64,000 bases of DNA from Acidobacteriota bacterium (GTDB lineage: Bacteria; Acidobacteriota; UBA6911; RPQK01; JAJDTT01), in the NCBI GenBank assembly GCA_965217775.1, contig CBDCJH010000002.1, forward strand, positions 1,888,001 through 1,952,000. The letters run 5' to 3'. Under the pieces are notes generated by a model. That model did no database searches and had not been told where the DNA came from. It saw only the letters and a program-made list of their open reading frames with translations. This document shows positions 10,268 to 19,711 of this stretch, in pieces (within the stretch, counting starts at the first letter, position 1; every line of letters begins with the position of its first letter). Both the position numbers and the translations under genes were made by a program.

Positions 10268-11554
10268 ATGAACGAGAATGAAGCAACACAACTCTGGGCG
10301 ACATTGGGAGCGGAAGGCAAATCACCAACAGAGCTTTCGCGTGCGTCACAGGTTCTACCAAGCTACACCGTTGGGATTGATCCGTGGATTGATCGACTTT
10401 CAGGACGGTACCTAAAAAACCTTTGTCGAGAAGCCGCTCACTTCAAGCTTATCTTGGCACCTTATGGCGGAGGAAAGACACACTTCCTTCTAAGTCTTGG
10501 CGGACGGGCACTCTCGGAGAATTTTGCCGTCTCTTACGTCCCTTGTAGCGAGGGCGTAGGGTTGGACAATTCGCTTGCCGTCTACAAGGAAGTTGTCAAA
10601 AACCTACAACTGCCTGACCGACGACGTGGTGTGCGAGTACTCTTGGAAGAAGTCGTCCGCTCAAAACGAGAAGAAATTCGGCGCCTTGGTGTTCCAGAGG
10701 TGGAAGTTGCCTTTCGACGTTGGATGTACACAATTCGCCGAGGCGACTATCCGGAGAACGCCTTTGGACGTGTGATGAAGGCAGCTTTGGAGGCGGCAGA
10801 TTCGGGCGACGACTCGCCTATAGGCGAAGCTGCTTTACGCTGGTTACAGGGGGATCCAGACACTCTCACGAAAACCGAATTGCAGGAGCTGCGCTTGGCT
10901 AGGGTTCCTGCGGCGAGCCGAAAACAATTTGGGCGGGATCTACTACTATCTGCCGTCAAGTTCCTACCCCACGCAGGCGTGCATGGGCTTGTACTTCTAA
11001 TGGATGAAGTAGAGACCCTGTTTCAAGCACGAGGGAAAGCGTTACTCCGGATACTCGCCGCCATGCGTGTCATTCTGGACATGCCAACCGGTGTCCCCGG
11101 CGGTCTTCCATTATTTGGTGTCTTTTCAGCGACACCAGACGTGCTTGAAGAGTTTCGTCGCTACCCGGCTCTAGAGCAACGTATGGCCGTGCGCGGAGCC
11201 ACGTTCGGTGAGGGCAACGACTTGGCCACACAGCTACCCCTCGAAGAGGTTCAGAGTCAAGAAACATTCCTAGCGGAAATCGGTGAAAAGTTGATCGAAG
11301 TCGGGGCAATTGCTACCGGCCATTCATTCGACAACGAATTGCAGAAATCTAATGCTCAACTATTGGCGCATGTGGCCTCCGAGCGAAGCCTCGACGTTGA
11401 TGCTCGCCGAGTATTTATAAAGACTTGGGTTGGCCTGCTTGATTTCCAGCGGGTCGAGGGTGAGCGGGAGTTTGATTTTAACGAACTGGCAGGTCGCTAT
11501 TCAGGTTCGTTTCACTCATTCATAGAAACCGAATCCGAGAGCTATGAGCCGTGA
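10268..11554 (+). CDS. BrxD/DUF2791-like P-loop ATPase 2
   Basis: FKLILAPYGGGKTHFL, ALRWLQG, GLVLLMDEVETL, YPALEQR, all characteristic of BrxD-type ATPases. Confidence 0.85.
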   Translation: MNENEATQLWATLGAEGKSPTELSRASQVLPSYTVGIDPWIDRLSGRYLKNLCREAAHFKLILAPYGGGKTHFLLSLGGRALSENFAVSYVPCSEGVGLDNSLAVYKEVVKNLQLPDRRRGVRVLLEEVVRSKREEIRRLGVPEVEVAFRRWMYTIRRGDYPENAFGRVMKAALEAADSGDDSPIGEAALRWLQGDPDTLTKTELQELRLARVPAASRKQFGRDLLLSAVKFLPHAGVHGLVLLMDEVETLFQARGKALLRILAAMRVILDMPTGVPGGLPLFGVFSATPDVLEEFRRYPALEQRMAVRGATFGEGNDLATQLPLEEVQSQETFLAEIGEKLIEVGAIATGHSFDNELQKSNAQLLAHVASERSLDVDARRVFIKTWVGLLDFQRVEGEREFDFNELAGRYSGSFHSFIETESESYEP

Positions 11555-12912
11555 GATCAGGCGAGAGGATTCAGCACCCAGAACTGGGCGACGGAACAGT
11601 GAAATTCGTTATCTCGCGCGGCGGCAAGGCCGGTGCACAGGTGGACTTTGGCTACATGTCCGCGTGGATATCGCGGGAGGAACTGGGTTTTCGCGAGCAG
11701 CATGACCGATTGCCGGGCCCCATATCAAGCCCGTCAGAAACTGCGGCCACAGAAATCCACCTACCGACATTATCCAATGATGTTGTGGAGGCAAGGCGCG
11801 CAATCCTAGCGCTCAAGCTCGGTCAGGTTCTTGAGGAGAACGTCCTCGATTTGAGTATTGGAACGGACGACATCCGAACCTCATTAGAGCGGGCTGTTGG
11901 CGGTGTCGCCCGTAGGCGACCGGCCAGTATCCTGTTTAAGGGTTCCTGGGGTAGCGGTAAGACCCATCTGCTCACGATGCTGAACAAATTAGCCGCCGAC
12001 GGGGACCTTGCGACGGCGTCGGTAATACTGGATGGCGAAGGTGTCAGATTTTCGGAGCCGATGGGCTTAATGGAGACACTTCTTGGCTCCCTTAGGTATC
12101 CAGGCGAAGCCGTACCGCGGGGCATCAGCGAACCGGTGGTTTCCCTGCGGCGCAAGTTCACCTACAAATATGAGGTGGAGCGGCGTTTGGGTTGGCGGAT
12201 TGCGAATGCGATCTTTCAGGTACCGATGCGTTGTCTGGATGAACCCGACACAATAGACGTGTTAGAAGATTACTTCAGGATGACGTTGCCTGCTACGCAC
12301 GCAAACGTGAAGCTTTGGCGCCTCGGCAATCGGGGAATTGCCCTTCCTCCACTGAAGGCATGGAGGGTCGCAGAAAGGCCTAATCGATTTTGTAATCTCT
12401 TGAAGGGGTGGGCGGAGTTTTGTGCATTAACCGGAGCCAAGGGGCTGGCCGTCGCATTCGACGAAGTAGACGTAGAATACGCGAGCACAATTTCTAACGG
12501 CCATCGGCGCTGGCTACGAAGAAACTTGCTGAAGGCGTTTCGAACAATTCTAAAAAAAAACGTTCCGCTTCTGCTCGCGTTTGGGAGCGCCCCGGCCAGC
12601 GATGTCGATGACGAGAACGACGCCGTCATAGACTTGGTCCGAAGCGTTGGCAGGATGGATCTTGAGATAGAGGTGCCGCAGCCCGATCTTGAGCAAACGC
12701 GGGAACTAGGCCAACGAATAATCGGCTTGTATGCAAAAGCATACCCGGATCGGATGTCCAACGTCGACGTTCAGAAGCTGAAGCTCCTGATCGACCGATT
12801 CGCAGAACATCACCAACGAGGACTTAATCCTGCACCCCGCAACTTCGTGCGCGGGGCGCTTGAACGGCTCGACGTGGCTCCCGGTCTGGAGAGCTATATC
12901 AAAATTGGTTGA
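11551..12912 (+). CDS. BrxD/DUF2791-like P-loop ATPase 3 with N-terminal Tudor/SH3-like module
   Basis: GERIQHPELGDGTV N-terminus; ARRAILALKLGQV; Walker A GSWGSGKTH; Walker B AVAFDEVD; GTGA overlap with the upstream gene. Confidence 0.8.
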   Translation: MRSGERIQHPELGDGTVKFVISRGGKAGAQVDFGYMSAWISREELGFREQHDRLPGPISSPSETAATEIHLPTLSNDVVEARRAILALKLGQVLEENVLDLSIGTDDIRTSLERAVGGVARRRPASILFKGSWGSGKTHLLTMLNKLAADGDLATASVILDGEGVRFSEPMGLMETLLGSLRYPGEAVPRGISEPVVSLRRKFTYKYEVERRLGWRIANAIFQVPMRCLDEPDTIDVLEDYFRMTLPATHANVKLWRLGNRGIALPPLKAWRVAERPNRFCNLLKGWAEFCALTGAKGLAVAFDEVDVEYASTISNGHRRWLRRNLLKAFRTILKKNVPLLLAFGSAPASDVDDENDAVIDLVRSVGRMDLEIEVPQPDLEQTRELGQRIIGLYAKAYPDRMSNVDVQKLKLLIDRFAEHHQRGLNPAPRNFVRGALERLDVAPGLESYIKIG

Positions 12913-12936
12913 GCGCCATATGCGACCGATATAACC

Positions 12937-15123
12937 ATGGCTAATGATAAATATATCGTCAAATCCTTAGGTACGATTGGAAGTGCGTTTTTCGGATCTT
13001 TTCGGACGCTTCGCGAAGTTCAGAGAAGGACGATTCCACCGATCCGTTCAGGGAAAGATGTCCTTGTAGCCTCGGCGACTGCGTCTGGCAAGACCGAAGC
13101 CATAGTGGCACCACTCATTTCAAGGACGCTGGATGGGACGGCAAGAGGCCTGCCCCGGATTCGCGTGCTTTTGACCGCACCAACCCGCGCCCTCGTCAAC
13201 GACTTGGCAGCAAGGATCGAGCCGCCGCTAACGCGGCTCGGATTGAGCTGCGGGCGCCAGACCAGCGATCACCGGGACAAAGGTAAGGAACCGTTCGTAC
13301 TTATCACTACTCCAGAATCGTTCGATTCGATGTTAGTGCGCGATGCGCGGTTGGAGGCTGGGAGGGTGACTGACCATCTACTTGCCGGCGTGTCGGCAGT
13401 ATTCATCGACGAGGCGCACCTCTTCGACGGAACTGCTCGTGGTGACCAAATGTCCTGGCTCCTAGGTCGTCTTCGTCGTCTGCGCCAACTAAATGCGGAC
13501 GGCGGCTCAAGCGACGCAAAGCGTTTACAGGTGTGCGCAGCCAGTGCCACCATCAGCGATCCGGGGGGTCTCGCGTATCGGCTCTTGGGAACCGATGCAG
13601 TCGCGGTCCAAGTTCCAGGCTTGAGGCAGATCGATGTATTCGGAAACTCGGCTGCACCTGACTGGTTTCCACTTGAATCGTCGATAACGATTGAGAACTT
13701 GCGCGATCGTCTGGGAATCGTGACATTCACAAATTTCCTCGAACAGGCGGAGAGACGAATCTGGCAGGCTTTGTCCAGCGGAGACGATGATCGCATGCGA
13801 AAAGCGCTTGTGTTCGTTCCAAGCCGCAAACTATCCGATGAACTCTCCACCCATCTCAATAGCACATTACCCTTGCACCGCGATCTGAAGGTGCTGCCGC
13901 ACCACGGTAGCTTGGCACAGGGTGTCCGGGAAAACTCTGAGCGGACGTTCTCCTCGACGCGCGACGCTGTGCTAGTAGCGACAACTACCTTGGAAGTAGG
14001 TGTCGACATTGGGGATGTGGACTTGGTCGTTCTTGTCGGTTCGCCACCCGGTACGCGCTCATTGTTGCAGCGGATTGGTCGGGCGGGCCGCAGAATCGGC
14101 CGCACTCGAGTCTTGGCTCTTCCTCGGACCGGGATCGAGCTCGCAGCCATCGCAAGCATGCTGATTTCCGCGCGGGACGGGATTCTGGAGCCCGAGGGAT
14201 ACGCTCGCAGGTGGTCCGTGTTCGTCCAACAAGCAGCCAGCTTCGTCGCTCAAGGTAGACCTCGCGGTCGGAGACGATCCGATTTGCTCGATTTAGCGCA
14301 GGATGTCTGGCCAGAGAAAGGGAGGGGAACGCCAGACGAGATCGTGGACCGACTACTCGACGCCGAGTATCTCGTCGAGGGTCGAGGCCGACTTGCGATA
14401 GGTGAGCATTGGGCAGATTTCTTCGACGTTGGTGGTCCGGGTATGCACGCAAATTTCGGATCGTCCAGTGGAGGCATTCCGGTGGTGGACGCCAACACTG
14501 GCGAGGTCGTCGCACACGTTGCTCAGAGGCCTTCCGAAGATAGAGAGATTGCTCTAGGAGGGCAACGATGGGACTTGCAAGCCATCGATGGCGAACTCCT
14601 ACTAAAACCCAAGGGAGCTGGACCTGTTCGCGATAGTTTTCAATACGCGGCGCGGCGTGGTCCGACTGATCTCGAATACGCTGTGCATGTAAGGCGTGGC
14701 TTAGGACTTGGAGAGGACGATGCACCGCTCATAAATTCGCCTCGTGGCTGGATCTGGCTTCATTTTGGTGGCAGCGCATATCAGACATTATTGTGCCATC
14801 TCTTGCCGGGCCTTAGTCCGACCGCTGGGTTGGCTGGAGTGGCGGTTAAGGGAATTCCTAGTGATGGTGAACTAAACCAACTAGCTACTGACCGTGACGA
14901 ATTGCGTGTTGCGGTAGAGGAACATTTTGAGGAACTTGAACGACTACTCGCGGTGGGTCCATATCAGCGTTACCTCACCAAGCATTGTCGTCAACGAGTT
15001 GTGACGGGGCTGTTTGACCTGCCGTCATTCCAAGACTGGCTGAAGACTCGCCGTGTGCGAGAAATAGCACCCGACGATCCGTGCTCGAAATACATATGTA
15101 CAGCACTCGTGGAAAGACGGTAG
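12937..15123 (+). CDS. Lhr/BrxHI-like SF2 DEAH-box helicase
   Basis: SATASGKTEA, PTRAL, TTPES, DEAH, SAT, HHGSL, ATTTLEVGVDIGDVD, QRIGRAGR. Confidence 0.9.
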   Translation: MANDKYIVKSLGTIGSAFFGSFRTLREVQRRTIPPIRSGKDVLVASATASGKTEAIVAPLISRTLDGTARGLPRIRVLLTAPTRALVNDLAARIEPPLTRLGLSCGRQTSDHRDKGKEPFVLITTPESFDSMLVRDARLEAGRVTDHLLAGVSAVFIDEAHLFDGTARGDQMSWLLGRLRRLRQLNADGGSSDAKRLQVCAASATISDPGGLAYRLLGTDAVAVQVPGLRQIDVFGNSAAPDWFPLESSITIENLRDRLGIVTFTNFLEQAERRIWQALSSGDDDRMRKALVFVPSRKLSDELSTHLNSTLPLHRDLKVLPHHGSLAQGVRENSERTFSSTRDAVLVATTTLEVGVDIGDVDLVVLVGSPPGTRSLLQRIGRAGRRIGRTRVLALPRTGIELAAIASMLISARDGILEPEGYARRWSVFVQQAASFVAQGRPRGRRRSDLLDLAQDVWPEKGRGTPDEIVDRLLDAEYLVEGRGRLAIGEHWADFFDVGGPGMHANFGSSSGGIPVVDANTGEVVAHVAQRPSEDREIALGGQRWDLQAIDGELLLKPKGAGPVRDSFQYAARRGPTDLEYAVHVRRGLGLGEDDAPLINSPRGWIWLHFGGSAYQTLLCHLLPGLSPTAGLAGVAVKGIPSDGELNQLATDRDELRVAVEEHFEELERLLAVGPYQRYLTKHCRQRVVTGLFDLPSFQDWLKTRRVREIAPDDPCSKYICTALVERR

Positions 15124-15426
15124 CTTAATGGGCACCGTGACGGAACACGAGAGGACAACCTCATCGGGTCAGTCAGGTCAGGGTCCGAGCCACAAACCCA
15201 AGTTGATAGTCATCTACTCTGAGGTGCCAACGCCGCGGCGCGGTTCCACGAAGCTTCGAGGAATTGATCGAGTAAGATAGCGGCCGGTCCGGTCATTGCC
15301 CAACCTAGCTTATGTACCGCAAAGTGGAAAGAACCGCTCCGCAGCCACTCAGACAACCATGGATCGGCTGGGGCCTTACTCCTCGGCTCGTTTTTGAACC
15401 GCATTGATAGAATCGCGATCACCACG

Positions 15427-15684
15427 TCAGGCGCCGAGATCCTGGAACAGTTCCTCGGCGCTGTTGAATCGTTTGCCCCTGCCTTGGTCCAATTCCTCCA
15501 TTGCCTTGGCGGTAGCAGCATTCGGCACCCGGACAGCGAACGGCAGCCGCTTCTCATCTGCAACCCGCAGCAGCAACAAACGAATGGCGTCTGACACCGA
15601 CAAGCCCATTTCATGAAGAGCTTTTGCCGCTCGTGCTTTGGTGTCGCTATCGATCCGTGCGCGTACGACAGTATCGTGACTCAT
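15427..15684 (-). CDS. dinJ: RelB/DinJ family antitoxin (orphan)
   Basis: VVRARID...GLSVSDAIRLLL...LPFAVRVPNAATAKAMEEL...FNSAEELFQDLG. Confidence 0.85.
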   Translation of the reverse strand: MSHDTVVRARIDSDTKARAAKALHEMGLSVSDAIRLLLLRVADEKRLPFAVRVPNAATAKAMEELDQGRGKRFNSAEELFQDLGA

Positions 15685-15833
15685 CCACATGCCTCCGAGT
15701 TTATAGCTCTATTGTAGCTACATTAGTCCCTCATCGCTACGCTTGGAGGATCCCGGTCAATGGCAGATATGTTCCGTCTACAACTAAGAAAACACTTCGC
15801 TCACTTCAAGGTGGGGGAGCAGGAGCGGCGGCT

Positions 15834-16588
15834 GTGCGCCAGGCTAACTGGCACAAGATAGGCGGTGAAAGTCCGCTGAAACGAAGGATTAACCATCCAC
15901 GTTTCCCCGCGAGCCGTGCGTGGGCATTAGGAGGCTGTCCGAGAACTCGGTTTTCGTCCAAATCGACATCTTTAAGTTATTGATTTATAAGAGGATAGTT
16001 TTTTCGGAGTCGTGAGTTTTCGAGTTCTCGGACAGGCTCCTAGTAAGGGTGTCGGCGAAGCGTCGGTAGCGGTGCGTATGGGCAGGCTATTGAGCACCGA
16101 AAGCTCCATGATCGGAAGCGCCGAGACTGTAGTCGCGGTCGAAGGTAACACTGGCTGGACCGACAGGGTGAGGGACAGCCGGGCTCCGCGGTGTCATAGA
16201 ACCCATGCACGTACGTAAATCTCGTGTCGGGACCTGGGAGGGCTTGCTCTCTCCCCGGCGAGAGCCGGGGCCTTGTGGGAAAGGAGAAAGCCGTAACCCA
16301 TGAGGGGAGAGAGGAAGCAATCGGATTCATCCATGGTAGTGATGAAGCGGGCGAACAAGGAGGGGGAACTCTCTGCGGAGTCCGTGAAGCGAAGGGATAG
16401 AACCAAGGGGAATTCGGCTCACCAAAGTACGGACCGGACCCAGAGCCGGGTAGCCGTGACACAGGCGGGGGTCGGATACGGCTGGCGTCGCAGCCAGCCG
16501 TCATTACCTGAGGTAGGAGCCGTGTGCCTTAACGGGCACGCACGGATCTGCGCGGGGGGCGCTGGGCAACCGGCGTCCCTACCGCGAC
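15834..16588 (+). ncRNA. ORF-less group II (IIB-like) intron
   Basis: 5' GTGCG; domain V GAGCCGTGTGCCTTAACGGGCACGCACGGATC with AGC triad at 16518; domain VI ending CCCTACCGCGAC; recognisable DI-DIII motifs; no RT ORF in DIV. Confidence 0.9.
15930..16040. mobile_element. 111-bp MITE nested in intron domain I
   Basis: TIRs GGAGGCTGTCCGAGAACTCG / CGAGTTCTCGGACAGGCTCC (19/20 match), AT-rich core, TA on both flanks. Confidence 0.8.
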
Positions 16589-16715
16589 TTCCAGCCGCCG
16601 AATAGGAGCGGCGGAATTCTTGCCGCCGAACTCCAGTGGTGCAATGGGATAAAGAGGGAGCGGGGGAATGGAAGAATGGGCGACTGGAAAGTCGCCCCTC
16701 CCGTCGCCCCTCCCG

Positions 16716-18599
16716 TCACTTTTGCCGCAAGCACCAGCGGACGGCGTTCTTCATCAGGCGCTGGTACATGGGATGAAACAGCGGTTCGGCCGGGTGGCCG
16801 CTGGCCAGATGGCAGACTCTTCCCTTCCCGACCTCGCGGACCCAGCCGGCGGGGACTGCGATTCCGTTGTCCATACGACTCTCCAGAATCATGTGGACCT
16901 GACTCTCGTCGTAGAGGACAGGCGTGTGCTGCTCGTCCGCCGTGGTGAAATCGCCGACCCCCTCGGTGATGGGATGGTCCGGGTCCACGACCTCGACGCG
17001 GAAACGCTCGTAGGGTCCGTGGCCGATGTACCGGCCTCCCACCAGCTTCAGGTAGGGTCCGGCGGGAGGATAGAGACCCAGGGAGTTGTGGAGATTCAGG
17101 AAGGAGCCTCCCTTCTCGACGAAATCCGCCACGGCCCGCTCCTGATCCAGGGTCATCCAGGTCTTGATCTCCCCATGAAGGGGATCCACCAGAGTTCTCA
17201 AGAGTTCCCGGCCCTCGCCCACGCGTTCCACTTGACGGCCGTCCCGCAGAATGACCAGCAACTGGACCCGGGACAGGTTCTTCGCGGACAGGGCGTTCAC
17301 GTCCACGGTGAAGTGGGGAGTGACGCCGGAGGCCTGGAACACCAGACTCAGCGCTTTCCGGATCGGAGCGGGTGGATGGGGACTGTCCCCGATCAGGACC
17401 AGCGCATGGGCACTGGAGTCGCCGGGTTGGGGCGGACGGCCGTGGAAGGGAGCGTTGGGGACCGTGAGCTCCCGATAGACATGGGCAACCTGTGGGTCTC
17501 TGGGGCGCGTATGGGTGGTCCAGTACTGCAGTCCGTCGGGAATCCGGACATATTTCTGGACCTCGGGCAGGGAGAATCCGATGGCGATCCCATAGGCGAC
17601 CTCGTCGCGGAGCTCCACCAGGAGGTCCCGCAGCCGTTCCACCATGCCCGAACCGGTCCAGGAACCGAATCCGGGAACTACCTCCCGGGCGCCAAGTTCC
17701 TGGAGGCGCTCCAGAACCTCGATCCAGGCTGCGGTGTCCTTGCCCGCAGGATTGAATCGGATCCCGTTCATGACCAAAGGACCACCGAAAAGGACTTTCT
17801 CTTTCTGGAGATAGAGGGCCCCGGCTCCCTCGTCCCAGACCTCGTCCAGGGGCAAAAACTGGATGGACCGGGCCGAATCTCCCACGAATCCAGGACTCGA
17901 CAGGGCCGTCACCATCGACGGGTCCAGATCCGGCATCCCGGCCAAGAGACGCTCGCGGATCCTGGAGGAAGTGAGGATTTGGGTCACGCCCCCCTTGACC
18001 AGCGCGCCGACCAGAGGAGCGATGGGATCCAACCCCATCGGTTCGGCGGAGCGATACCAGCGCTTCTCCACTGGCTCGTAGGCCGAGGAGGTCCCCCAGG
18101 ATGGATCTTCCCAGATGTGGGTCAAGACCAGACGCCGGGCGGGCCGGATACCCTTGCCCGTGACCCGGTCCAGATAGGCCTCGACCGATCGGCCTCGGGG
18201 CAGGTCGATCAACAATGTCTCCCCATCCAACTCCACCCACCCGCAGTTGGCACTGGCAAATTGGTGGGAGAAGCCGGCGGCGTGAACTCCGGGACCCAGT
18301 TCCGCGTGGTGAGGGAGAAGTTGCGGTTGCGACTCGGCAGTCATCAGTCCTGTGGAGAGTACCAGAATCAACAACAAGCCAAACGGTCCGAGCCTCTTAC
18401 CAGGAGGGGCGATTTCCAGTCGCCTCTTTCTCCGTTCCGCCCTGCGCTCGTTCTCGTCTGTTTCGGCCGGAGTTCGGCGGTTGGAAACCGCCGCTCCCAG
18501 CGACTGACCATCGGGTCCGAGCCTTGAAGAATGCGGGATGGCTCCCAATACACTCGATCCCCCGAAACAAGCTGTCGAATTGGCCCCGTGAAATGACAT
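16716..18599 (-). CDS. MBL-fold plus ThuA (class I glutamine amidotransferase-like) domain protein; start uncertain
   Basis: ANCGWV...LIDL...LVLTH, VVPGFG degenerate MBL motifs; C-terminal GGSFLNLH...HPIT...DEQH...GKGRV...GH ThuA motifs; AGGAGG before ATG 18599. Confidence 0.7.
   Translation of the reverse strand: MSFHGANSTACFGGSSVLGAIPHSSRLGPDGQSLGAAVSNRRTPAETDENERRAERRKRRLEIAPPGKRLGPFGLLLILVLSTGLMTAESQPQLLPHHAELGPGVHAAGFSHQFASANCGWVELDGETLLIDLPRGRSVEAYLDRVTGKGIRPARRLVLTHIWEDPSWGTSSAYEPVEKRWYRSAEPMGLDPIAPLVGALVKGGVTQILTSSRIRERLLAGMPDLDPSMVTALSSPGFVGDSARSIQFLPLDEVWDEGAGALYLQKEKVLFGGPLVMNGIRFNPAGKDTAAWIEVLERLQELGAREVVPGFGSWTGSGMVERLRDLLVELRDEVAYGIAIGFSLPEVQKYVRIPDGLQYWTTHTRPRDPQVAHVYRELTVPNAPFHGRPPQPGDSSAHALVLIGDSPHPPAPIRKALSLVFQASGVTPHFTVDVNALSAKNLSRVQLLVILRDGRQVERVGEGRELLRTLVDPLHGEIKTWMTLDQERAVADFVEKGGSFLNLHNSLGLYPPAGPYLKLVGGRYIGHGPYERFRVEVVDPDHPITEGVGDFTTADEQHTPVLYDESQVHMILESRMDNGIAVPAGWVREVGKGRVCHLASGHPAEPLFHPMYQRLMKNAVRWCLRQK
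18403..18497. repeat. REPIN-like inverted REP pair
   Basis: GGAGGGGCGATTTCCAGTCGCC ... CGGCGGTTGGAAACCGCCGCTCC. Confidence 0.75.
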
Positions 18600-18726
18600 G
18601 TCGATCCTCCTAATGAACAGGAAGCGGTCTCAGGACGGCCCCAAAGGCCGATCCGGCGTCAGTCTACTATGAGTCCGTGCCTGCCGCGAAAGCCGTCCCG
18701 GTACGCGACGAACCCTGCTTCCCGCG

Positions 18727-19710
18727 TCAAGGGACCAGGACCGCGGCCCCATCGAGTTCGCCCTGCTTCAACCGCCGGAGGGCTTCGTTGGCTTGATCCA
18801 GAGGAAACTCCTCGGTTTCGGTGCGCACCGGCACCCGCGGCGCCACGTCCAGAAACTCGACCGCGTCTTTCCGGGTCAGGTTGGCCACCGAACAGAGCCG
18901 GCGCTCCTCCCAGAGCAGGCGGTAGGGAAACGACGGGATGTCGCTCATGTGGATTCCGCCCAGGACCACCGTTCCTCCCTTGTCCACGGCTTCGAGCGCC
19001 AGCGGCACGAGAGGACCCACCGGAGCGAAGATGATGGCGGCATCCAGCGGTTGCGGCGGTTTCCCATCCGAGCCCCCGGCCCAGACCGCTCCCAGCGAAC
19101 GGGCGAACTCCTGCGCCGTCCGATCGCCGGGACGGGTGAAGGCGTAGACGCTTCTGCCCTGGTGACGGGCCACCTGGGCGACGATATGGGCGGCCGCTCC
19201 GAACCCGTAGAGGCCCAGGCGGCGACCCGGACCGGCCATGACCAGCGACCGATAGCCGATGAGGCCGGCGCACAGGAGTGGGGCCGCCTCCACGTCCGAG
19301 TATTCCTGGGGCATGGGAAAACAGTAGCGCTCGTGGGCCACGACCTCCTCGGCGTAGCCTCCGTTCAACGTATACCCGGTGAACCGGGCCCGCGTACAGA
19401 GATTCTCCCGGTCCGACCGGCAGTAGCCGCACTGCCCGCAGGTCCATCCCAACCAGGGGATTCCGACCCGGTCACCGATGCCGTGCCGCCGCACGCCGGG
19501 ACCCAACTGGGTCACGACACCCACGATTTCATGCCCGGGGATGATGGGTAGCTTGGGGTCGGTCAGATCTCCGTCCACCACGTGGAGGTCGGTCCGGCAC
19601 ACGGCGCAGGCCCGTACCTGAACCCGCACCTGACCCGGCCCCGGCTGCAACGGCGGCAGATCCACCTCCTCCAGGCTCGTCCCCGGCCGCCTCAGGATCA
19701 TGGCCCGCAT
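18727..19710 (-). CDS. Zinc-dependent alcohol dehydrogenase
   Basis: CRTDLH, PGHE, CGQCGYC...ENLC, PLLCAGLIG, GFGAAAH. Confidence 0.93.
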   Translation of the reverse strand: MRAMILRRPGTSLEEVDLPPLQPGPGQVRVQVRACAVCRTDLHVVDGDLTDPKLPIIPGHEIVGVVTQLGPGVRRHGIGDRVGIPWLGWTCGQCGYCRSDRENLCTRARFTGYTLNGGYAEEVVAHERYCFPMPQEYSDVEAAPLLCAGLIGYRSLVMAGPGRRLGLYGFGAAAHIVAQVARHQGRSVYAFTRPGDRTAQEFARSLGAVWAGGSDGKPPQPLDAAIIFAPVGPLVPLALEAVDKGGTVVLGGIHMSDIPSFPYRLLWEERRLCSVANLTRKDAVEFLDVAPRVPVRTETEEFPLDQANEALRRLKQGELDGAAVLVP

Positions 19711-19711
19711 T

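Larger units (their letters stand above)
15822..16714. repeat. REP/REPIN cluster interrupted by the group II intron
   Basis: Joined exons give GGAGCGGCGGCT|TTCCAGCCGCCG; followed by GGAGCGGCGGAATTCTTGCCGCCG and inverted GGGCGACTGGAAAGTCGCCCCTCC. Confidence 0.8.

Noticed and set aside
8197-15123. Calling the locus a BREX system
   Set aside because: The defining PglZ and PglX/BrxC genes are absent from the island and from the window
16275-16300. Alternative EBS1 candidate GAAAGCCGT, complementary to the exon junction
   Set aside because: It lies downstream of the closed Id stem in a generally conserved intron motif; the 16131 loop fits the canonical EBS1 position better
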